From assembly GCA_035506175.1 (NCBI GenBank), contig DATJPZ010000123.1, positions 6,980 through 70,979 on the forward strand: a stretch of DNA of 64,000 nucleotides. The letters run 5' to 3'. The stretch comes from Thermoanaerobaculia bacterium. GTDB lineage: Bacteria > Acidobacteriota > Thermoanaerobaculia > UBA5066 > Gp7-AA6. Numbering within the stretch: the first letter of the stretch is position 1; each line of letters starts with the position of its first letter. The position numbers and the translations under genes were made by a program. A model generated the notes under the pieces. It was not told the DNA's origin, searched no databases, and saw only the letters and a list, made by a program, of their open reading frames with translations. Below, in pieces: positions 1 to 8,114 of the stretch.

Positions 1-115
1 CCGTTTCGACGTCGTCTCGATTCTCGAAGCGGCCGGGCGCGCCGACGTCGTGGTGGTGCGCGGCGCCTTCGAAGAGCCGCCGCCGCGGCGCCGTCCTCGG
101 TGATCGCGCCGCCGC

Positions 116-823
116 GTGCTAGAATCGCGGCTCTTCGAGGAAATTTCGTTGAACGATTCGGATCTGCGCTACGGATTCACCTGCCCCAACTGTTCCGGCA
201 GCTTTTCCATCCCGCTCGCGAAGATCCCTCCGGTCCAGGCGCGCTTCAGCTGTCCGAAGTGCGGCAAGCCGATGGACTTCCCGTCCCGCGAGGAGGCGCG
301 CGTCTACATCTCGCTTCAGGCCTCGGGGGGCTCGGCCGCGCCGCCTTCGCCGGAGCCGCCTCCCGCCCCGCCCGAGTCGCCCCGTCCGGCCGCGCGGTCC
401 GCGCCGCCGTCCGACCCGTCGCCCGCGAGCGCCGACTCGACCTCGACGTCCACCAGGTCCTATCGCGTCGAGAAGAAGGGCTTCGAGAACGACGTGTTCG
501 ACCGGCGCGCGATGCGCAATCTCCTCCGGAGCGGCGGCATCCTCGAGAACGACATGGTGTCCGTGGACGGCGATCCCGCGCGCCGCGCGATCGACTTGCC
601 GGAGTTGAAGTCCCTCTTCGATCTGAAGAAGAGCTCGCGGATACAGCCGCCCTCCGTCTGCCGGAAGCACACCGACCGGGTGGCGCACTACGTCTGCGCC
701 AACACCGAACGGCCGCTCTGCGAGGACTGCGCCGCCGAGAAGAAATACGGCGGGGCCTCGGTCCGCGTCTGCGACCACTGCGGCGGGACGGTCACGGAGC
801 TTCCGGTCGTCGAAGAGCCCTGA
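116..823 (+). CDS. Zinc-ribbon / GYF-like / B-box-like cysteine-rich protein (function unknown)
   Basis: ORF 116-823 with a GTG start. The N-terminus has a CPNC...CPKC zinc ribbon, followed by a Pro-rich linker and a GYF_2-like middle region. The C-terminus has a Cys/His cluster (CRKH..HYVC..CEDC..CDHC). Composition is protein-like, whereas the overlapping frames are Arg-rich. Confidence 0.6.
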   Translation: MLESRLFEEISLNDSDLRYGFTCPNCSGSFSIPLAKIPPVQARFSCPKCGKPMDFPSREEARVYISLQASGGSAAPPSPEPPPAPPESPRPAARSAPPSDPSPASADSTSTSTRSYRVEKKGFENDVFDRRAMRNLLRSGGILENDMVSVDGDPARRAIDLPELKSLFDLKKSSRIQPPSVCRKHTDRVAHYVCANTERPLCEDCAAEKKYGGASVRVCDHCGGTVTELPVVEEP

Positions 824-905
824 AAACGGGCTCGACGGTACCCGGGTCGCGCCTGTCGGGCCGCTTGATTCGCCGCGCCTCCTCGGCTATCCTGCGCGTC
901 CCCGA

Positions 906-980
906 GCGGGAATAGCTCAGTGGTAGAGCGCCACCTTGCCAAGGTGGATGTCGCGGGTTCGACCCCCGTTTCCCGCTCCA
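906..980 (+). tRNA. tRNA-Gly (anticodon GCC), CCA encoded
   Basis: A 75-nt cloverleaf read by hand. Acceptor stem GCGGGAA/TTCCCGC. D-arm GCTC-AGTGGTA-GAGC. Anticodon arm CCACC-TTGCCAA-GGTGG. T-arm GCGGG-TTCGACC-CCCGT. Discriminator T followed by CCA. Confidence 0.95.
934..979 (+). repeat. Left copy of a 46-bp direct repeat (3' part of tRNA-Gly, att-like core)
   Basis: The sequence from the anticodon stem to the acceptor 3' end recurs at 6361-6406. Identity is 45 of 46 nt, in the same orientation. Confidence 0.9.
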
Positions 981-1188
981 GCTGATTACCGCGCTCGGAG
1001 AAAGTCAGCTGCTCCCTTCCTTCGCAGGGCGGAGCTCTCGATCGCCCGCGAGCTCAGGAAAGAGTTCGAAGCCCTCCGCTTCGATGGACCCTCTTCAGAG
1101 GGATTCGGTTCTCCCGCTTCTTCCGCCGCTCATCGCCTCAAGCGGAGGAGCAGCCGCGGGCGCCGCGATGGCCGGCGCCCGCGCCGCG

Positions 1189-2133
1189 CTACTCCGAGTC
1201 CGACGCGTCCCCGGTCAGCGTCCAGCTCTTGTCCGGGTTGTACGACCGGATCGCCGCCGCCGCGGCGGCCGTCTGCGCCCCCAGGTCCTTCTGGTAGACG
1301 TTCCCGTCCGCGTCGACCACGAAGGTCTGGATTCCGGAAGTGCCGTACTTCTCGGGCCACGCGATCAGCCCGCATCCGCCGAGGAGAGATCCATTCACGA
1401 TCCAGCTCCGCGCACCCCCGGGCACCGCGGCGCCCTGGGCCGTGAGCATCCGGAAGTAGTAGCCGTTGTACGCCGTGGGCTTTCCCGACTTGCCGTCCCA
1501 CAGGGCCGCCGCGATGTCCGAGGCGACCGGGCCCCCCGGGGCGCCGTCGGCGCCCTTCCAGGAGAGCCCGTCCTGCTTTCCGGGAGAGCTGACGGCCTTC
1601 TGCGCGTACTGCAGAAGGTTCGATCCATCGTGCTCGGTCGCGGCGTACGTGCGCTGAGCGTCGGCGTAACCGCGCAGGATGGCGATCGCGTCGAGCTCGT
1701 TGCCCCCGATCTGCCGCGCGCGGATCTCCTCGAGGCCGGCGCGGGCGTCGAAGGCCCACTGGTCCTTGCCGACCTTGACGATCGGCGCGGGAAGCGGCCA
1801 GGCGCTCTGGCCGATGAGGACGTTGACCCGGTCCCCGCCGAAGGGGTCCGGCTCGATCGTCATCTTCTCCTGCGCCTTGGCCGCGAAGGACTTCATTTCG
1901 GCGTCGTCGATGGCGAGGTCCCCGGTCGTGAGCAGCTTCGGGTCCACCCCGAGGACCGCGGCGAGCGCGGCCTTGTCTTCCTTCTGTGCTGCCGCGACGA
2001 AAGCCTCGGCGGCCTTCTGCGGCGTCGCGAAGGTCTGCGGCTTCGTGACGGCCGGGACCGCGGTCGGCTGCCCGAGGAGCGGCGCGGAGAGGACGGCCAG
2101 AGCGGCCATGGCGAACAGTCGGTTCTTCTTCAT
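1189..2133 (-). CDS. DUF2950 family secreted protein
   Basis: Signal peptide MKKNRLFAMAALAVLSAPLLG. Family-typical motifs are present: YYFRMLTAQG, GGCGLIAWPEKYGTSGIQTFVVDADGNVYQKDLG. A GGAGG Shine-Dalgarno lies upstream of the ATG. Confidence 0.85.
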   Translation of the reverse strand: MKKNRLFAMAALAVLSAPLLGQPTAVPAVTKPQTFATPQKAAEAFVAAAQKEDKAALAAVLGVDPKLLTTGDLAIDDAEMKSFAAKAQEKMTIEPDPFGGDRVNVLIGQSAWPLPAPIVKVGKDQWAFDARAGLEEIRARQIGGNELDAIAILRGYADAQRTYAATEHDGSNLLQYAQKAVSSPGKQDGLSWKGADGAPGGPVASDIAAALWDGKSGKPTAYNGYYFRMLTAQGAAVPGGARSWIVNGSLLGGCGLIAWPEKYGTSGIQTFVVDADGNVYQKDLGAQTAAAAAAIRSYNPDKSWTLTGDASDSE

Positions 2134-2149
2134 GATCTTCCTCCGGCGG

Positions 2150-3436
2150 CTAACGCCGCCGTCCTCCGCCGCTCGGACGCGCTCCGCCGCGATTGCCGCC
2201 GAAGTGCCCCACGCTCTGGCGGCCTCGCTGGCTCGTCATCCGGGCCCGCTGGCCGCCCGATCCCCACGCGCCCTGCCGGCGCTGGGGAGGCACGTTGCGA
2301 TTGCCGACGCGGTTCTGGGTATCTCGATTCCAGCCGCCCTCGCGGTTCTGGCCCTCGGGCATCGGACGGTCGCGATCCTGGGCATTGCCGGCGGCCGGGC
2401 CTTCGCGGCCCGGCGTGTCTCCGGGGCGCTCCGGAGGCACGACGCCGCCGCGGCCGCCGGGCGTTCCCGGCGTTCCCGGACGGATCGGCGTGTCGCGGCC
2501 CGAGCCGCCGCCGTCGTAAGTGCGGCCGGGGATGTTGGGGGTGCCCGGCCGGTAGGGGACGTTCCCGCGCTGGCCCGGGTTGTGGTTCCAGGTGCTGTTG
2601 CCCGAGTGGTTGTAGTTGTTGTGGATGTTGTTGTTGTGGATGTAGGTGTTGTTGTTGTTGATGTTGATCGTGGTGTGGCCGCCCCAGCCGCAGCCCCAGC
2701 CCCAGCCGCCGCCGAACCAGCCTCCGCCGAAGCTCACGCCGGCTGCGAAGCCGACCGCGAAACCGCCGCCGTAGACCGGCGGGGGGTACCAGATCGGCGG
2801 GTACGGCACGGCCGGAGGCCCGAAGACGACCGTGGGGTTGTAGGTCGGAACGTAGACGTACTGCGTCGAAGCGGGCTGGATCACGATGTACTGCTTCGAG
2901 TCCGTGGTTTGCGTCGTCACCGTCTGCTGAGCGTTCGACTGCAGGTTCCCCGCGGACTGAGCCTGCTGACGCAGAGTCTGCACCGCGTCCATCACGTCGT
3001 TCTTCTGGGCCAGGAAGGCGTTGCCGAGGTTCGTCGTCCACGAGACGTTCGACGCGAGCTGTTTGAGGATCGACGGGAACTCGGTGAGCGCCTGCACACT
3101 CGGATCCCAGGGCTGCTTTTGCGCCGCGGTCGTGAGGGCCGAGCCCGTCAGCCCCGAGTTCTGCGCGAGCCACTGCTGGGCCTCCATGACGTCGAGCGGA
3201 TAGGTCGACGCGACGAGGACCTGTGTCAGCAGCGGATCCGGGTAGAGGGCGATCGGCGCCACCAGCGACTGGAGCTGGCTCGCCGAGAGCGGCGCGGGCG
3301 CCGAAGACGATGCCGTTGCCGCGGCGGGATCCTGTGCGGCCATCCCGGGGGCCACGAACGCCGCCATGGGAACGGCGAGGACCCACCAGGCGCGGGTCGG
3401 CGGCCTCGATCGCGTCAGGATGCGGAGAGCCATCAT
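2150..3436 (-). CDS. DUF3300 domain secreted protein with a Gly/Trp/Asn-rich low-complexity C-terminus
   Basis: Motif LVAPIALYPDPLLTQVLVASTYPLDVMEAQQW. The start was moved to the ATGATG at 3436 because GGGAGG lies 6 nt upstream and a signal peptide follows. The track ORF extends to 3472. Confidence 0.85.
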   Translation of the reverse strand: MMALRILTRSRPPTRAWWVLAVPMAAFVAPGMAAQDPAAATASSSAPAPLSASQLQSLVAPIALYPDPLLTQVLVASTYPLDVMEAQQWLAQNSGLTGSALTTAAQKQPWDPSVQALTEFPSILKQLASNVSWTTNLGNAFLAQKNDVMDAVQTLRQQAQSAGNLQSNAQQTVTTQTTDSKQYIVIQPASTQYVYVPTYNPTVVFGPPAVPYPPIWYPPPVYGGGFAVGFAAGVSFGGGWFGGGWGWGCGWGGHTTININNNNTYIHNNNIHNNYNHSGNSTWNHNPGQRGNVPYRPGTPNIPGRTYDGGGSGRDTPIRPGTPGTPGGRGGVVPPERPGDTPGREGPAAGNAQDRDRPMPEGQNREGGWNRDTQNRVGNRNVPPQRRQGAWGSGGQRARMTSQRGRQSVGHFGGNRGGARPSGGGRRR

Positions 3437-3530
3437 CGCAACCTCCCGTTGTTGATCCGGGGCGACTGCCATCTCGGGTCGGCGAGCACGAGGACGCCGC
3501 GCTCGAGGGCGTCAACCTCCATGTCGAGAG

Positions 3531-4232
3531 CTATGGGCACGATGCCGGAAACGCGTTCGTGTCCTGGATCGGCTGGAAGGCGACTCCCATCGGATTGTAC
3601 CCGATGTACTGGATGTCGAGCGACGTGTCGACGACGGTGACGAAGACCGCGGCGTTCGTCAGGCCCGCGGAAAAGACCCAGTAGGCGTTGTTGTACGCGC
3701 AGCCGTTCAGAACCTTCGTCACGATCTCGACGTTCGTCGGATCGAAGAACCAGAAGTAACCCGAGTTGTCCGTCAAGCCCACGGCGTTTCCCTGCCCGGC
3801 CTGGAGGTTCGTGGTGACCCAGCCGACGGTGACCGAGAAGCGGCCTCCGCTCAGGCAGAGCGTCGTCGCGTTCGGGACGCAGGACGGCACGCCCGGCGCG
3901 ACGGTGAGCGTGTCCTGGAAGACGTCGCTGCCGGCGGCGTTGGTCGCCGTCAGCGTCACCGTGTAATCGCCGGCGGTCGCGAAGACATGCGTCGGATTCT
4001 GGAGCGTCGAGGTGTTGGCCGCTCCGGACGACGGGTCGCCGAAGTTCCACAGCCAGGACGTCGGGTTGTTGGAGGACGTGTCGAGGAACGACTCGGTGTG
4101 GCCGGCGACCACGAACGTCGGCTGCGCGAAGAAGGCGGCGGAGGGCGCCTGCGCCCTCGAGACGGTCGCCGCGAGAAATCCGACCGAGAGGCACGTCGAG
4201 AGCAGCGCGATCTGCAGCCAGGGAGGGCGCAT
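3531..4232 (-). CDS. PKD-domain secreted protein with an uncharacterised Cys-containing C-terminal domain
   Basis: A signal peptide is present, as is the PKD motif WNFGDPSSG...THVFATAGDYTVTLTATNAAGS. A GGAGG Shine-Dalgarno precedes the ATG. Confidence 0.85.
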   Translation of the reverse strand: MRPPWLQIALLSTCLSVGFLAATVSRAQAPSAAFFAQPTFVVAGHTESFLDTSSNNPTSWLWNFGDPSSGAANTSTLQNPTHVFATAGDYTVTLTATNAAGSDVFQDTLTVAPGVPSCVPNATTLCLSGGRFSVTVGWVTTNLQAGQGNAVGLTDNSGYFWFFDPTNVEIVTKVLNGCAYNNAYWVFSAGLTNAAVFVTVVDTSLDIQYIGYNPMGVAFQPIQDTNAFPASCP

Positions 4233-4361
4233 GATGACCTCCGAGAAAGCCCCGGCGAGGATTCGCCGCGAGCATCGAGCCGACCGATACTATGAGAAGG
4301 CTGAAGTCAGTCGTAGTCTATTCGTGTGGGGGGCCCCTCGGTGCCTGCCGAGATCAGACAA

Positions 4362-6188
4362 TCAGCGCTGACCCCTCTGCTCGACTTCGAGAAAACTGTC
4401 CTCGCCATAGTGGATCGTGTTTCGCGAGAAGTAGGGCGGCACGATCATGTCGAACTGCTCGTAGCCGTGGCTCACGTCGCTGCGCAGAAGGTCCGTGCGG
4501 CTGGCGATCTCGAGGCGCAGCCTCTCCCCGCGCCCCAGCGCGACCGGGCGGGGCGTGAGGCTGAAACGCAGCGTGACAGGCTCGCCGGGAACCAGCGGCT
4601 CGGGCGACTCGAGGTCGAGGGCAATCTCGGTCGAAGACCCCCGCGTGCGATCGATCCTCCGGAGGGCCGGGCGGATCGAACCGAACGACAGCTGGCGGTA
4701 GCCGCCGCTCGCGTCGATCCGGCCCAGGCGCGCGATCACGTGCGAGTCGATCTCCGAGCAGCTGAACCGCAGCGACAGGGTCACCGGTCCCGAAAACTCC
4801 TCCTCTTCCTCCGAGGCGTCCGACTCGTAGGTCAGAACCGGGTTCGCCGCTTCGTCGAGGCCCGGCGGGACGACCGCGCCAAACGGCGCGGCGGCCCAGG
4901 AGTTCGCGCCCGCGGCCGGCTGGCTCGACAGGCGATGCGTCGCTCCGTCCGCGCCCGCCGAGCCGAGGTGAAGCCGGATCCTCCGACTCCCTGGAATCGG
5001 GAACGAGGCCGCGCCCCTGAAAGCACCTTCCCGGTCGCCGTCGACGCAGTAGCGAACCGCCGGCTGTGAGGCGTAGCCGTTGTCGGCGCCGTGGACGACG
5101 TGATCGAAGAACGCGAGCGCCTCGAGCTGCCAGCGGTAGACCGGCAGCGAGAACTCGGGTGGCGCCATGATCAGCCACTTGTGGCCGGGCGGCGTGCCCG
5201 CCTTCTCGAACAACTCGTAGGCCCCGAGCCCGTGAAGGTTGAACGCGCCCATGTCGGTGATGACCACGAAGGGCACCCGGATCCTGTCGAGATCACGGTA
5301 GGGACCCGCGGGGATCGAGTGCGTCGCCCGCGTCTTACCGTCGAACACCCACTCGGCGAAGAGCTTTCGATACTTCAGGTCCGGGGTGTGCTTCTTGAAG
5401 GTCTGCATGACGTCGTTCACGCGTTTCTGCAGCGCCGGCTGCCACAGGTGCTTGAGCGGCGAGTTCAGGACGTGGCTGGCGGCCGCTCGAACGATCGGCG
5501 GCACGTGAAGCCGTTCCTGTCCGACGGTGAAGTTGGCGCCAAGCCACAGCGTCAGGAAGTCGACCTGCGGCGCGCCCCCCGTCATGATGATCTGGCGGAA
5601 GTAGTCGGTGTCGGTGCCGTAGGCGAAGAATCCTCGGAGCGGGGGCGGCTGCCGCGTCGCCACGAGAGGCTGGACGATCGCGTAGTAGGAGGTGCCGAAG
5701 AGAAGGACGTTGCCGTCGCACCAGGGCTGGCGCGCGCACCACTCGATGACCGCGACATGATCGTCGACGTCCACGTCGTTGAAGAACACGACGCTGTCGC
5801 CCTGGGATCGCCCCATGCCTCGCCGCGAGACCACGACGTGGTTGTATCCCCGATCCGCGAACAGCGCGGCCTCGCCGGTTTCGTTGGTTCCGGTCGGCAG
5901 GCCGGCCGACTGGAGCTGATGGCTGTAGGCCGAAAACGCGACGACCGCCGGATACCGGCCGCTCACCTTCGGGAGGGAGACATCGGCCGCCAGCGCGATC
6001 CCGTCCGCGACGGGGATCATCACGTCGGGGTGCACCCGGCAGCCGAGGCCCTCGTGGACCGGCGGGCCCGGCGTCCAGCCTGCGGTCTGCTGCTGATCGA
6101 TGCGGACCTTGAGCGGGATGAGATTGTCGAGGAACGAGGCGTCGTCGAACTCGTCGGTCATGGCCTCTCCACCGGCCATGATAATCAC
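4362..6188 (-). CDS. CocE/NonD family hydrolase (X-Pro dipeptidyl-peptidase S15-like)
   Basis: Family-typical N-terminal alpha/beta-hydrolase region: YPAVVAFSAYSH, SRRGMGRSQGD, LLFGTSYYA. The C-terminus is beta-sandwich-like. An alternative ATG start at 6161 has a better Shine-Dalgarno. Confidence 0.85.
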   Translation of the reverse strand: MIIMAGGEAMTDEFDDASFLDNLIPLKVRIDQQQTAGWTPGPPVHEGLGCRVHPDVMIPVADGIALAADVSLPKVSGRYPAVVAFSAYSHQLQSAGLPTGTNETGEAALFADRGYNHVVVSRRGMGRSQGDSVVFFNDVDVDDHVAVIEWCARQPWCDGNVLLFGTSYYAIVQPLVATRQPPPLRGFFAYGTDTDYFRQIIMTGGAPQVDFLTLWLGANFTVGQERLHVPPIVRAAASHVLNSPLKHLWQPALQKRVNDVMQTFKKHTPDLKYRKLFAEWVFDGKTRATHSIPAGPYRDLDRIRVPFVVITDMGAFNLHGLGAYELFEKAGTPPGHKWLIMAPPEFSLPVYRWQLEALAFFDHVVHGADNGYASQPAVRYCVDGDREGAFRGAASFPIPGSRRIRLHLGSAGADGATHRLSSQPAAGANSWAAAPFGAVVPPGLDEAANPVLTYESDASEEEEEFSGPVTLSLRFSCSEIDSHVIARLGRIDASGGYRQLSFGSIRPALRRIDRTRGSSTEIALDLESPEPLVPGEPVTLRFSLTPRPVALGRGERLRLEIASRTDLLRSDVSHGYEQFDMIVPPYFSRNTIHYGEDSFLEVEQRGQR

Positions 6189-6360
6189 GGGCCCGGTTGA
6201 ACGGCTTTGTCCGTCTGCCTTCGGGCTGGGAGGGTCGCGGGAGGCCCGTCGTTGGACGCCCTCCGTGCGGGCGCTACCGTGTCGCCGCGAGCCGGTCGAA
6301 GATCACGCCTCGCAAATCGTTGTTACGCAACCGTCGTGAAAATCCCGAACCGACCCGACG

Positions 6361-6406
6361 CCTTGCCAAGGTGGATGTCGCGGGCTCGACCCCCGTTTCC
6401 CGCTCC
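6361..6406 (+). repeat. Right copy of the 46-bp direct repeat (partial tRNA-Gly 3' half, non-functional)
   Basis: Matches 934-979 with one mismatch (6385 C versus 958 T). The mismatch falls at the conserved T54 position. There is no 5' half of a tRNA upstream. Confidence 0.9.
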
Positions 6407-6521
6407 GAGCTTCATTTCCACGCTCCCGACGGGTGGAGTGCGCAGCGTCGGCGCTGCCCGCCCGGCTTTCGGCGATCGATCGTCGTGGAGGGCATCCTTG
6501 CGCTCCGCCGCCGAGAGTGTG

Positions 6522-6537
6522 TATGATGATGATCATA
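6522..6537. promoter_or_regulatory. Palindrome TATGAT-N4-ATCATA abutting the tetR start codon (candidate TetR operator)
   Basis: The sequence tatgatgatgatcata is an AT-rich perfect 6+6 inverted repeat in GC-rich DNA. The same arms recur at 7174-7189. Confidence 0.5.
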
Positions 6538-7133
6538 TGCGGGCCGCCGCGACGAAGCGAAAGAGTTCCCGACGCAAGGACGTCACTCACGAACGAATCG
6601 TGGAGGCGGCCGCCCGCGCGATCCGGCGCAGCGGCTACGGCGGCACGAGCGTCGCCGACATCATGAAGGAGGCGGGCCTGACTCACGGTGGCTTCTACGC
6701 CCACTTCGCCTCGCGCGAAGCGATGCTCGCCGAGGCGGCCGACCGCGCCGGCGCGGACGGCGTGGCCACCGTGGCCCGCCTCGCGGCCGCGGCGCCGCCG
6801 AAGCAGGCGCTGCAGGCGCTGGCGAGCGCCTACCTCTCGCCGGAGCACGTCGCCGGCGTAGAGAATGGCTGCGCGGTTGCGGCGCTCGGCTCGGAGATGC
6901 CGCGCCAGGCGCCCGAGGTGCGGCGCGCCGCGACGCGCCGGATCAAGGAGATGATCGACCTCGTCGCCCGTCAGTCACCGGACTGGGGGCAGCGGGATGC
7001 CCACGAGCACGCGCTCGTCACCGTGGCGACGATGGTCGGCGCGCTCGTCCTGGCGCGCGCGGTCGACGACCGACGCCTTTCCGACTCGCTGCGCGACGCG
7101 GCGCTGAAGCACCTCACCCGTTTCGGCGGTTGA
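6537..7133 (+). CDS. TetR/AcrR family transcriptional regulator
   Basis: An internal ATG at 6537 lies in the frame of ORF 6207-7133. The HTH region reads RIVEAAARAIRRSGYGGTSVADIMKEAGLTHGGFYAHFASREAML. The upstream part of the ORF overlaps the tRNA remnant and is non-coding-like. Confidence 0.9.
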   Translation: MRAAATKRKSSRRKDVTHERIVEAAARAIRRSGYGGTSVADIMKEAGLTHGGFYAHFASREAMLAEAADRAGADGVATVARLAAAAPPKQALQALASAYLSPEHVAGVENGCAVAALGSEMPRQAPEVRRAATRRIKEMIDLVARQSPDWGQRDAHEHALVTVATMVGALVLARAVDDRRLSDSLRDAALKHLTRFGG

Positions 7134-7173
7134 TGCTCCCTGAACCCATGCCGGCTCCCGCTGCGTATCTCGA

Positions 7174-7189
7174 TATGATGAGCATCATA
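7174..7189. promoter_or_regulatory. Second copy of the TATGAT-N4-ATCATA palindrome, upstream of the SDR gene
   Basis: The sequence tatgatgagcatcata lies between the tetR stop (7133) and the SDR start (7250). Confidence 0.5.
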
Positions 7190-7249
7190 CAGTTTGCCCG
7201 GGATGAGTCGGTCCGCCGGGGAACGGCGGGGGGAGGAAGGAAAGACTCG

Positions 7250-8098
7250 ATGAAGAGCAAAGCAGCAATCGTTACCGGAGCGTCGTCGGGAATCGGCGAA
7301 GCGGTCGCACGGCGGCTGGCGACCGCGGGCTACAGGGTCTATGGCACCAGCAGACGAAGCGCGGAAGCGGGCTGGCGATCGTTCGAGATGCTGCCCCTCG
7401 ATGTGACCAGCGATGAATCCGTCGAAGCCGCCGTCGAGGAAGTGATGCGGTTGGAGGGGCGGATCGACCTGCTCGTCAACAACGCCGGCTTCGGTGTCGC
7501 CCCGGCCGGAGCGGAAGAGAGCTCGATCGACCAGGCGCGCTCGATCTTCGAGACGAACTTCTTCGGGGTGGTCCGGATGACGCGGGCCGTCGTCCCCCAC
7601 ATGCGGCGCCAGGGGAGCGGCCGGATCATCAACATCGGCTCCGTGCTCGGTTTCCTCCCGATGCCCTACGGGGCGCTCTATTCCGCAACCAAACACGCGA
7701 TCGAAGGCTATTCAGAATCGCTCGACCACGAGCTGCGCACGTGGGGTATCCGGGTTTCGGTCATCGAGCCCGCGTACACGAAGACGCGGTTCGACGCGAA
7801 CCTTCTGGAGCCCGACTCGACGCTCGATGAGTATCGCGAGGTTCGTGCGGCCGTGGGCAAGACGCTGAACGAGGTGATGGCCGCTGCCGACGAGCCGGGC
7901 GTCGTGGCCGACGCGGTGTTGAACGCAGCGACCGCGGTCCGTCCGCGAGTGCGGTACACGGCTGGAAGCCTCGCCGGCCGCCTGCGGTGGCTTCGCCGCT
8001 TGGCCCCCGCCGGCGTGATGGACGCTGGAATTCGGAAGGGCTTGCATCTCGACACGCCGAGAGCCTCGATGCCTCCGACGCCCGTCCGGGCGAAGTAG
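7250..8098 (+). CDS. Short-chain dehydrogenase/reductase (SDR)
   Basis: TGASSGIGEAV cofactor motif and YSATKHA catalytic YxxxK. GGAGGAAGG lies upstream of the ATG at 7250. Confidence 0.9.
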   Translation: MKSKAAIVTGASSGIGEAVARRLATAGYRVYGTSRRSAEAGWRSFEMLPLDVTSDESVEAAVEEVMRLEGRIDLLVNNAGFGVAPAGAEESSIDQARSIFETNFFGVVRMTRAVVPHMRRQGSGRIINIGSVLGFLPMPYGALYSATKHAIEGYSESLDHELRTWGIRVSVIEPAYTKTRFDANLLEPDSTLDEYREVRAAVGKTLNEVMAAADEPGVVADAVLNAATAVRPRVRYTAGSLAGRLRWLRRLAPAGVMDAGIRKGLHLDTPRASMPPTPVRAK

Positions 8099-8114
8099 TC
8101 GGCGGGCAACGTCG

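Larger units (their letters stand above)
981..6406. mobile_element. Putative integrase-less genomic island remnant, bounded by tRNA-Gly and a partial tRNA 3' copy
   Basis: The block is bounded by the complete tRNA (906-980) and the 46-bp 3'-half copy (6361-6406). It contains four same-strand secreted-protein genes. No recombinase ORF was detected, so mobility is inferred only from the repeat geometry. Confidence 0.35.

Noticed and set aside
1-103. An open frame running in from the left edge and ending at the TGA at 101-103.
   Set aside because: Only 33 codons are visible and there is no motif. It is too short to call as the 3' end of a gene.
936-1445. A plus-strand ORF beginning inside tRNA-Gly (MPRWMSRVRPPFPAP...), together with its twin segment inside ORF 6207-7133.
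   Set aside because: The shared peptide is simply the translation of the repeated tRNA 3' half. It is not a coding repeat.
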